Below are positions 27,168 to 34,772 of a DNA stretch of 64,000 nucleotides, one piece after another (position 1 is the stretch's first letter; the number at the start of each line of letters is the position of its first letter). The notes beneath the pieces are model-generated. The model was not told the origin of the DNA. It made no database searches and worked only from the letters and a program-made list of their open reading frames with translations. The translations under genes and the position numbers were made by a program. Origin of the DNA: Thermofilaceae archaeon (GTDB lineage Archaea; Thermoproteota; Thermoprotei; Thermofilales; Thermofilaceae); NCBI GenBank assembly GCA_038727095.1, contig JAVYWK010000010.1, positions 1-64,000 on the forward strand, written 5' to 3'.

Positions 27168-29000
27168 TCAAAACCTCGTCTCCAACCAGGGAAGCCTGAC
27201 TCTATCCAGCTGCGTGTGATCCACCTCCCTCAGTAGCTCTGCAACGTAGTCGGGAAGGAGCTTCAGGTAGCTCCTGTACCGGTAGTCTCCCAGGACGAGC
27301 ACGGCCTGATCCTTCGGGCTCCTCAAGGCTCTGCCAAGCGCTTGCGCAGCCCTCCGGATCGCGGGGTAGACGTAGGCGTAGAGCCTCCCCTTCTCCTCCC
27401 CGTAGAGGCTCTGGTAGTATTCGATGTACAGCCGCGTCTTCGTTGTTGGCTTCTCGAATGGGATGCCGGCGAGGAAGACGCACATCAGCTCCTCCCCCGG
27501 GTAATCCGCCCCTTCCGCGAAACGGCCGCCCATAGGGGCTACGAGCAGGCCCCTCCCCTCTCCCGCCATCGCCTTGAAGCTCTTTAGAGCCTGCGCCGCC
27601 TCGAGGCCGGACATGTCGCGCCGTTCGACAAAGGGCTTGTAGCCCAGCTCCTCAGCGCGCTTGAGGAGGCCTGCGTCGATGAGGCCCTGCTGCACGCGGT
27701 AGCTTGCAGCGAAGATCGCGGTGTTCCTGCGTACCCTCGACAGCAGCTTGACTACGGCTTCCACGTACCTCTCAGCCATCTCTCTGCTCAGCTCCTCGCC
27801 CCTCGTCGTCAAGTCGGTGACGAGGTAGACGGACGCGTTCGCCTCATCGTAGGGGCTGGGCACGCTGATCGCGTGGTAGCTGCCTACGCCCACCGTCTCG
27901 GCGAAAGCCTCGATTGGGCTGAGCGTCCCCGACATGAAGACTACCCTGTGGAACCGGCTCCAAACGCTTCCGAGCACTTCAGCGGATCGCATGTCCCATA
28001 TGCTCAGCGAAACTCTACCGTTCACCCTCTCAGCGATGAAAGCGATCCCCCTAACCCCCTTCAACCCCAGCGCCGCCTCGAGGAAGGTGGCGAAGTGGTG
28101 GAGGCTCGACCTGGGCCTCCTCCCCTGCCTGTACCTCAACTCCCTGACCATCTCCCCGGCTCTCAAAGCCTCCTCCAGCAGCCCATCCCCATAGTCGGGG
28201 ATGAGCTCCTCAGGGTCGAAGAGCTCCGACTCCTCCTCCCCCAACCCCTTGAACCTGTCAGCCACGTAGTCGATCGCGTGGCGCACGAGCTCTACCGCCT
28301 TCCTGCTCCCGACTTCCGCCGCCTCCTCTAACGCCCTCTGCAGCGTCCCCTCGGTTACCGAGTCGCCGCCCAAGTCGAGGTTCTGCAGGTTGTGCGCCTC
28401 GTCGACCACGAGCACCGACTCGTCGAAGGGGATGAGCTGCCTCACGCTCCAGCTCAGCTCCTGGCTTACCACGTAGTTGTAGCTGAGCGCCACTAGATCC
28501 GCGTGTGCGAGGAGCTTCCTCTGCAGGAAGTAGGGGCAGACCCCCCACTCGCTCGCCCACCGGTAAACCTCGCTGTAAGTGAGCGCGCCGCGCGCAACGA
28601 GAGGGTACGGGTCCACATCCCCCAGCCTCCGGTAGAAGCTGCACTTGCTCCTCTCCCTGCTGCAGATGTAGGAGACCTCGCTGTAGTCAAGGTCGCTGCC
28701 GAACTTCCTCGCTAGGAGGCACATGTCCCTCTTCCCTCGGAAGCTGACGCCGACCAGCTTGAGCCCCAGCTCCCTGCGGAAAACCGCCAGCTCCTCCACG
28801 GGCCTGTCGGTCTCGCTCCCCGTCCTCACCGCCCATACGATCCTCCTCCCCCTCTCCACGTAGGGGAGCAGCGCGTATAGGACGACCGGCGTCTTCCCGA
28901 ACCCCGTTGGAGCTTCGAGGATCACGTTGGTCCGCTTGAGCGCTCTAGCCATCTCCTCGGCGACCTCGATCTGCCTCGGCCTAGGCTTGTACGGGAACAT
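27168..29000 (-). CDS. xpd: XPD/Rad3 (DinG family) FeS helicase
   Basis: FPYKPRPRQ, APTGFGKT, FeS Cys (GKRDMC...C...C...CPY), DEAHN, SGT, QALGRALR; start ATG 29000. Confidence 0.9.
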   Translation of the reverse strand: MFPYKPRPRQIEVAEEMARALKRTNVILEAPTGFGKTPVVLYALLPYVERGRRIVWAVRTGSETDRPVEELAVFRRELGLKLVGVSFRGKRDMCLLARKFGSDLDYSEVSYICSRERSKCSFYRRLGDVDPYPLVARGALTYSEVYRWASEWGVCPYFLQRKLLAHADLVALSYNYVVSQELSWSVRQLIPFDESVLVVDEAHNLQNLDLGGDSVTEGTLQRALEEAAEVGSRKAVELVRHAIDYVADRFKGLGEEESELFDPEELIPDYGDGLLEEALRAGEMVRELRYRQGRRPRSSLHHFATFLEAALGLKGVRGIAFIAERVNGRVSLSIWDMRSAEVLGSVWSRFHRVVFMSGTLSPIEAFAETVGVGSYHAISVPSPYDEANASVYLVTDLTTRGEELSREMAERYVEAVVKLLSRVRRNTAIFAASYRVQQGLIDAGLLKRAEELGYKPFVERRDMSGLEAAQALKSFKAMAGEGRGLLVAPMGGRFAEGADYPGEELMCVFLAGIPFEKPTTKTRLYIEYYQSLYGEEKGRLYAYVYPAIRRAAQALGRALRSPKDQAVLVLGDYRYRSYLKLLPDYVAELLREVDHTQLDRVRLPWLETRF

Positions 29001-29145
29001 ACGAGACTCCAGCAAAGGGTTCGGGCCTTTTAAGCCCTTGGGCCTCATCGGACCGACTCGAGCCCCGCTTTTCATCGGGGCCCTTGTCACCGGCTCGGCC
29101 CCGCACAGGGTAACCCCACCCCGCGGCTGAACTGCGGAGAAACCC

Positions 29146-29484
29146 TTGTGGGCTGAGAGGTGGTACGGTTTCCCGCTTGAATCCTTCAAGGAGGTTCTCA
29201 GGTACGCGGGGTTGAGGAGGAAGGGGTGGAGGGGGAGGGGGCTGCTGGAGGAGTACCGCTGCCTTGAGGTGAAAGGGGAGAAGCTGTACATAGGGGCGTG
29301 CGGGCGCATGTTCTTCGCGCTATTGAGGGGCTGCATGGAGGAACTTAAGGTGACCCTAAGGCTGAGCAACATAGCTGAGGCTCTTGAAGCGTTCATGCTA
29401 GCCGGGTTGAGGCCAGGGAGCATTGCGCTCACGCGCGGGGAGGGGCGAGCGGTTTTAGTCCAGCTGAGGGGGGCTACTTCTTGA
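29146..29484 (+). CDS. Hypothetical protein
   Basis: 112-aa ORF filling the gap, host-like codons, no recognisable motif. Confidence 0.5.
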   Translation: MWAERWYGFPLESFKEVLRYAGLRRKGWRGRGLLEEYRCLEVKGEKLYIGACGRMFFALLRGCMEELKVTLRLSNIAEALEAFMLAGLRPGSIALTRGEGRAVLVQLRGATS

Positions 29485-29833
29485 CGCTAGCGGCGATCTT
29501 GTCCGTGTACTTGTCGAGGAGGTAGTAGATGAGGCCCAGGTTCGGCTTTGGCTTGGAGATGAGGCACAGGACGAGCCCGCCGATTTCCCGCATAAGCACC
29601 ACTCTGCTGTCCTTTAGCTCGACTAGGACGTCCCTCACCCCCGTGCTGAAGTACTGCTGGAAAGCCTCACCAACACCGGCTACGACGGCCGCGCCAAGGG
29701 CTGACACGATGTCATCGATGTCCGAGGGGTTGGAGGCCGCCACCAGTACGCCGTCTGGAGTCGCGAGGATCGCTCGCTCCAGCTCGCCGAGGCTCTTCTT
29801 CACCAGCTCCCCCAGCACTAGCTCCACGCTCAT
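29474..29833 (-). CDS. Roadblock/LC7 (MglB-like) protein
   Basis: AILATPDGVLVA, VSALGAA, PNLGLIYY. Confidence 0.88.
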   Translation of the reverse strand: MSVELVLGELVKKSLGELERAILATPDGVLVAASNPSDIDDIVSALGAAVVAGVGEAFQQYFSTGVRDVLVELKDSRVVLMREIGGLVLCLISKPKPNLGLIYYLLDKYTDKIAASVKK

Positions 29834-30180
29834 CGCGCAACCACCCTGTACAACCCCTCCTCCTGGGGCGTCACCTCGATCGTCAGCTCGCCCACCCTAG
29901 CCCTCATCTCGGAGAGCTTGCCCATTTCCTCCAGCACCCGTGCGGCTTGGACTACGTATGCTACCAGCACGCTGTCAGCTGGACCTTGAGCCTCGACGAT
30001 GAGGCCTCTCCAATCCACGAGCGCTGACCACCTTTCTGGCGCCCTCTCTCTTTTATTTTTTGCTCTACTCCTCCTGGCGAGCGCTAGCGCGACCACTACT
30101 CCCACAGCTGCCGCAGCGGCAGCCGCGATGAGCACCGTCAAGAGGTTAAACTCGGGCACCGAGATTCCTCCAACGGACAA
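29830..30180 (-). CDS. Membrane-anchored protein with truncated roadblock-like domain
   Basis: N-terminal TM, basic linker, then SALVDWRGLIVEA hairpin, helix and strands; 4-nt overlap with roadblock gene. Confidence 0.55.
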   Translation of the reverse strand: MSVGGISVPEFNLLTVLIAAAAAAAVGVVVALALARRSRAKNKRERAPERWSALVDWRGLIVEAQGPADSVLVAYVVQAARVLEEMGKLSEMRARVGELTIEVTPQEEGLYRVVAR

Positions 30181-30248
30181 GTTATATACCTAATCTTGGA
30201 AACCACCCGCGCGCAACAATTATAAGTTTTTACGAGATATCCCCGCGG

Positions 30249-30776
30249 TTGGTGTTGGAAACCGAAACCGTGCTCGTTGCAGGAACCTTTGGAGCTGGGA
30301 AAACCACTTTCATACGCACCGTTAGCGGGAAGTTTCTCACTGCTGAGAGGGAGTTGAGCGGGGAAAAGGTGAGCTTCGGTGAGAGGAAGCTGAAGATGAC
30401 GACAACGGTTTTCGCGGACATCGGCGTCGTTGAGCTGGACGGGAGGAAGCTGCTCCTCTACGGGGCGCCCGGCCAGTCGAGGTTCGACTTCACCGTTAGG
30501 GCGCTCGCGTCCCGCTGCCGCCACATAATCCTCCTCATCGACACCTCCGATGAGGCAGCCGTGATGAGGAGCCGCCTCTACTACGAGCGCCTCATCAAGC
30601 CCTACTTCGCCAGGTTCGAGAGGAGGCTGTTAGCCTTGAACAAGCGCGACGTCTCGAGGCTGACCGTTGAAAGGGTGTTCCAGCTCTTCGGCAGGGTGGA
30701 CGAGCCCTACGTTGAAACCGTAGCCACAAACCAGGAGTCCTGCTATAGGGCCTTGCGGGCTCTCTTCAAGGCTTGA
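30249..30776 (+). CDS. Small GTPase, MglA/CvnD-like (ATP_bind_1 type)
   Basis: G1 GTFGAGKTT, TTTVFADIG, G3 variant YGAPGQSRFDF, G4 NKRD. Confidence 0.88.
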   Translation: MVLETETVLVAGTFGAGKTTFIRTVSGKFLTAERELSGEKVSFGERKLKMTTTVFADIGVVELDGRKLLLYGAPGQSRFDFTVRALASRCRHIILLIDTSDEAAVMRSRLYYERLIKPYFARFERRLLALNKRDVSRLTVERVFQLFGRVDEPYVETVATNQESCYRALRALFKA

Positions 30777-31548
30777 CGGCCACGATCGTCGTCAGCAGAT
30801 CCCCCTCCCAGGACCTCACCCTAGCGAAACCCTCCGAAAGCATCGTGTCTTCCAGGCTCTCCCTGCTGACGGGCGCGGGGCCTTTGAGCGCGGCAATGAA
30901 GGGGGCGAGGGGGTTAACGGAGCCTCCGCGCTCGAGGGGGGCGACGAGGAGCAGCTGGCCGCCGGGCTCCAGCGTCGAGAAGGCTCGGCTCACGAGGACG
31001 CGAGGGTTGATCAGCCACGTCGCTGGCGAAGCCGCGATGGCTAGACCGACGGGGTCTCTGACTAGGCGGGCGATGCTCAGCACGTCCCCAACCAGGAGCT
31101 CGTAGTTCGAGGCTCCGATCCCCCTCAAGCGCTCCTCTACGAGCTCCAAGTTCAGCCGTGAGGGGTCAACAGCCACGAGCTTGCCCCACTGCGGGGCTGC
31201 AAGCTCGAGGCAAACCCCCGTGCACGAGTGCACATCGACGGCCGCGCTCCCCGGCCTAGCCTTTACGGCGGCGAGCCCCCGCCTCACCGCCTCCTGGAAC
31301 TCGCCGGAGTACATGAACGCTTCGCTGAAAAGCCTGAACTCGGGGGCGGCGAAGGGCTCCGGGGAATCCCTGATGGACAGAACCCTCTCCGACAGGAAGT
31401 GGAAGACCTTGAGCAGGTACGGGTCGGGCTGCCTCCTCGCCGGCGCAACCATCGATGCTAGGCGCACGACGTCGCCAGCCCAGGGAGCGCCGGAGATCTT
31501 CTGAACCAGCATCCTCAGGGCCTCGATCGCAGCCGCCCTCGCGCTCAA
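30766..31548 (-). CDS. Class I SAM-dependent methyltransferase-like protein
   Basis: AVDVHSCTG (degenerate motif I), LVAVDPS, LVGDV, LEPGGQL. Confidence 0.7.
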   Translation of the reverse strand: MSARAAAIEALRMLVQKISGAPWAGDVVRLASMVAPARRQPDPYLLKVFHFLSERVLSIRDSPEPFAAPEFRLFSEAFMYSGEFQEAVRRGLAAVKARPGSAAVDVHSCTGVCLELAAPQWGKLVAVDPSRLNLELVEERLRGIGASNYELLVGDVLSIARLVRDPVGLAIAASPATWLINPRVLVSRAFSTLEPGGQLLLVAPLERGGSVNPLAPFIAALKGPAPVSRESLEDTMLSEGFARVRSWEGDLLTTIVAVKP

Positions 31549-32336
31549 GATCCCACCTCCTCAAACCCGACGACTCCGCGACGCTCGAGGGAGATGAGCG
31601 CGCTCAACCTCTCCCTCATCGTCAGAGGGTCGGGCCCCACCACCGCGTCGATGAGCCGCCACCCGTTCACGCTCAAAGCGAAGTCGATCATCCTCGAGGA
31701 TAGCCAGGTGATGCGGTTGATGTACGCCCTCAAGAGCTCCGCCGCACCCGGATCCACCTTCACGACCAACCGCCTCGCCTTCATCGCGATCTCGAACATG
31801 CGCGGGGCGAAGGGGCTTGGAGGGTAGGGGATGCTCGCGTCCATCAGCAGGATCGAGAGCAGCAAACCGCTCGGATCGAGCTGCCCCACTCTAGCGACCG
31901 CCGAGAGAAGGCTCTCGCCCCAGGATATCGCCTGGGCAGCCTTCGATAGATCCTTCAACTCCGCCTCAAGAGCCCCTCTGTCCCCCTGCACTCTCAGTAG
32001 GGCCCTCGGGTTCCCAGCGAAGCACTCAACGCTCCAACCCTCGGACAGCACTCGGAACCCGGACAGGTTGCTCATGTAGGATAGGTAGGTGGGAGTCACC
32101 CGGATCACTTCACCCCGCTGAAGCGTCCTGAAGACCCGTACGCCCCTATCCCTCCCCTCGCCGTCCACGTAGACGACGAAGACGTGGTCGCCGTGGTACT
32201 CAGCCACACCGATTAAGCCGGTGGGGCTCGAGGCTGCAGCGACGAGCGCGTCCTCCCCCACCTGTATGGTGCTCTCCCTGCCGCACTGGGGGCAGCTCAG
32301 CTTCAGCAGGCGGACAGCCCTAGCCGCCACGCTCAC
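31545..32336 (-). CDS. Hypothetical protein with N-terminal Zn-ribbon and C-terminal wHTH-like segment
   Basis: CPQC...HGDHVFVVYVDGEGRDRG; C-terminal LSALISLERRGVV. Confidence 0.7.
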   Translation of the reverse strand: MSVAARAVRLLKLSCPQCGRESTIQVGEDALVAAASSPTGLIGVAEYHGDHVFVVYVDGEGRDRGVRVFRTLQRGEVIRVTPTYLSYMSNLSGFRVLSEGWSVECFAGNPRALLRVQGDRGALEAELKDLSKAAQAISWGESLLSAVARVGQLDPSGLLLSILLMDASIPYPPSPFAPRMFEIAMKARRLVVKVDPGAAELLRAYINRITWLSSRMIDFALSVNGWRLIDAVVGPDPLTMRERLSALISLERRGVVGFEEVGS

Positions 32337-32844
32337 ACCTCAAGACCACCCTCAAGAGATCAATAAAGGGTGCCTCAATATTAAACCCATCTTTCGCTGA
32401 AACCTCGTAGTATCCAATGTAGCCCCTGGATCTGGCGTACTGCTCCGCGAAGCTGCGCGGGATCACCCTCATGTCCTCTAGATCCACCTTGTTGCCCACG
32501 AGAACTCGTGGCACGTCGCCGATCGTTGAGACCGTAATCTCCAGCCACTCCTCCAGGTGCTCGAACGTCTCCTCCCTCGTCACGTCGAAGACGAACACCG
32601 CCCCCCTAGCACCCCTCAGAAAGACGGGAGCTAGGAACCGGAAGCGCTCCTCACCCCCCAAATCCCAGATCACGATCCTGACGGGCCCGTCATCGAAATG
32701 GAGCTCCCTCGTGTAGTGCGCGACGCCGACTGTGAGCCGCTGGACGGGGTTGAAGGCTGCCCCCGTAAACCTGTTCGCAATGCTCGTCTTGCCGACCCCT
32801 CCATCTCCGCAGAGAACTATCTTGTAAGCCCTCTGTGGCGCCAC
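32320..32844 (-). CDS. Rab-like small GTPase
   Basis: KIVLCGDGGVGKTS, TVGV, IWDLGGEERF, FLRGA, FVFDVT, GNKVD, EVSAK; GTG 32844 chosen as start. Confidence 0.92.
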   Translation of the reverse strand: MAPQRAYKIVLCGDGGVGKTSIANRFTGAAFNPVQRLTVGVAHYTRELHFDDGPVRIVIWDLGGEERFRFLAPVFLRGARGAVFVFDVTREETFEHLEEWLEITVSTIGDVPRVLVGNKVDLEDMRVIPRSFAEQYARSRGYIGYYEVSAKDGFNIEAPFIDLLRVVLRCERGG

Positions 32845-32861
32845 TAGGGATTCATCGATTC

Positions 32862-33230
32862 TCAGCTTAAAATTTTCCCTATCTTCTGCGACGCCTGCTC
32901 CGCCTGCCACAAAGCGAAACCCAGCTTCGACTCCAGCCTGACGAGCATCACGAGGACGAAATCCCTACTTACGCTCTTGATTATGAGCGTCCCACCCTCA
33001 CTCGTCACAATCAAGTGGCGCATCGCACCACCGCGCAGCTCCTTAATCACCTGCTCCGCAACACCCTGCAGCGTCGCAGCCATCGCCGAAACCTTCAACT
33101 CGTCAGCTTCACTCATCGCCGAGACCACAGGCATACCGTCGCTCGAAACGACGGCCACCGCGTCAAGCGCGGGATTATCCCTCTTCATCTCCTCCAGAAT
33201 CTGGCTCACAGCCTCGTACCTACCCTGCAT
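32862..33230 (-). CDS. Roadblock/LC7 (MglB-like) protein
   Basis: AVAVVSSDGMPV, VSAMAATL, SKLGFAL. Confidence 0.9.
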   Translation of the reverse strand: MQGRYEAVSQILEEMKRDNPALDAVAVVSSDGMPVVSAMSEADELKVSAMAATLQGVAEQVIKELRGGAMRHLIVTSEGGTLIIKSVSRDFVLVMLVRLESKLGFALWQAEQASQKIGKILS

Positions 33231-33776
33231 ACGCGGATATTACAGGGGTATCAAGAAAAACCTTACGTTTACTGGTTTTCAAAGGGTTTCTCTCACGTTG
33301 CTAAACCCTTAGGGATTGCAGGCTTCAGAGCAAAGCAAATAGGGTGTTCCGAATCGGTGAACGGTCGTTAAACGTGACAGAAAGGCAGCATCCCCCAGAG
33401 TGTGAGCCTGAGCACTAACGCTAAAGAAGGCAAGAATTCGAGCGGGCCGGAGCCGACCCCTTCTTAAAAACCTGTCTATTCGAAAACGCTCAGCACACTT
33501 AGAACCCGCTTTAGGTAATAACGCCTCCACCCTTTTCGCCCCATCGACTGGACAGCTAGGATGTTCTGCGCAACCTTTTTAAGGGAATGGCGCATAGATA
33601 TAAACGAACTCTTAAGAGAACTTTTTAGTAAAATTATGAAATCAATGATGACCTGAATCAACCCGTGCAACGCGCTCTGGAGGTAGAAGTAATACATGTA
33701 GGCTTTCGATCCGTGAGACCCTGAGGGGAGAGTGTAGTTCAGCCTCGCAGGAGCCGCTGCTTTCATCTCGAGATTG

Positions 33777-33909
33777 CGATGCGATCAAACCTGATGCTGG
33801 ATTGATCGCATCGACTTAACCTTTTTAGGAATTATTTGTTCAAGTTCTAGGGATCTATAGGAACTACCGGAAAGCAAGCATGAGATTGCATCAAACTTGC
33901 TTTCCGGTA
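33777..33909. promoter_or_regulatory. Two spaced inverted repeats upstream of the pilin operon
   Basis: CGATGCGATCAA-N13-TTGATCGCATCG and TACCGGAAAGCAAG-N17-CTTGCTTTCCGGTA, ahead of TATATTAAT and ATG 33980. Confidence 0.55.
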
Positions 33910-33979
33910 CGAATAGAGCTGAGCCGCAGAAAGAGGTGAGAGTGAATGTATATTAATACCCCTTTATTCATTTCAAACG

Positions 33980-34768
33980 ATGGGGCTGAAAGGGAGGGCC
34001 TTATCGCCGGTTGTGGCGACTGTGATATTGACGAGCATCATGCTCACAACAGTCGCCGTAGCGGTGTACTTCTCTACCTCGTTGATCGATGCGCACAGGC
34101 AGAGGATGGAGTACGAGAGCGCTAAGGAGCTCCTCAGTTACGCTGCAACAGCTTTCGAGCAGGTGGCTTTAGGTACCGGAGGCGCCAGGTACGTCCGCTT
34201 CAGCCTCGCTAGCACAGGCTTAAACTTTGAGCAGACCCCCTACACGCTGGAAGTGACACTTGGAGAGGGTAAGCAGATCAGCCTTCAGCTCCGTAGAGTG
34301 AGCATCTGCGCTGCCCCCCTCGTTACAACCGTGGATAGAGTGATCTACCCGGAGGGTGGCTTCCTCAGCGAGCTGAATAAGCTGATCGTGGGCGCTGGAG
34401 AACCTATAGCGCTCGTATACGAGAGCTTCAGCGGTCGTGCGTGCGCGTTCTTAGAGCCTCGAAGAGTACGTGCGATCTACAGCGGGGTAACCTATGTGAT
34501 CGAGGACGGCCAGAAGAAGCTCTACAACTACTACACGATACACGCGGTGGAAGTCACGTTCGGAAGGGTGGGAGGGGCGGGAACGATACCCTTGATCTTC
34601 AGGAACAAGGGTGTTACAGTTCTCGAGTACAGGTTCAATACACCCTCGGTAACCATTTCGGCGAGCCTAAACGGCATCAAATCCGAGAGGAAGCTAACTG
34701 GGAGTCAAGAAGCGAGCGGCTCAATCGTAATCGTAAAGATCTCTCGCGTTGAAGTGGCGACAGGGTGA
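33980..34768 (+). CDS. Type IV pilin-like protein (class III signal peptide)
   Basis: MGLKGRA|LSPVVATVIL, then hydrophobic helix. Confidence 0.85.
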   Translation: MGLKGRALSPVVATVILTSIMLTTVAVAVYFSTSLIDAHRQRMEYESAKELLSYAATAFEQVALGTGGARYVRFSLASTGLNFEQTPYTLEVTLGEGKQISLQLRRVSICAAPLVTTVDRVIYPEGGFLSELNKLIVGAGEPIALVYESFSGRACAFLEPRRVRAIYSGVTYVIEDGQKKLYNYYTIHAVEVTFGRVGGAGTIPLIFRNKGVTVLEYRFNTPSVTISASLNGIKSERKLTGSQEASGSIVIVKISRVEVATG

Positions 34769-34772
34769 TAGA

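Noticed and set aside
29148-29200. GGCTGAGAG suggesting a TPP riboswitch; nearby hairpins suggesting RNase P or SRP RNA
   Set aside because: No downstream ACCTGA/GCGTAGG core, no RNase P conserved regions and no SRP helix-8 motif
33476-33766. 96-aa ORF with faint resemblance to a HEPN/DUF86 helix
   Set aside because: No RxxxxH motif and atypical codon usage; at best a decayed fragment
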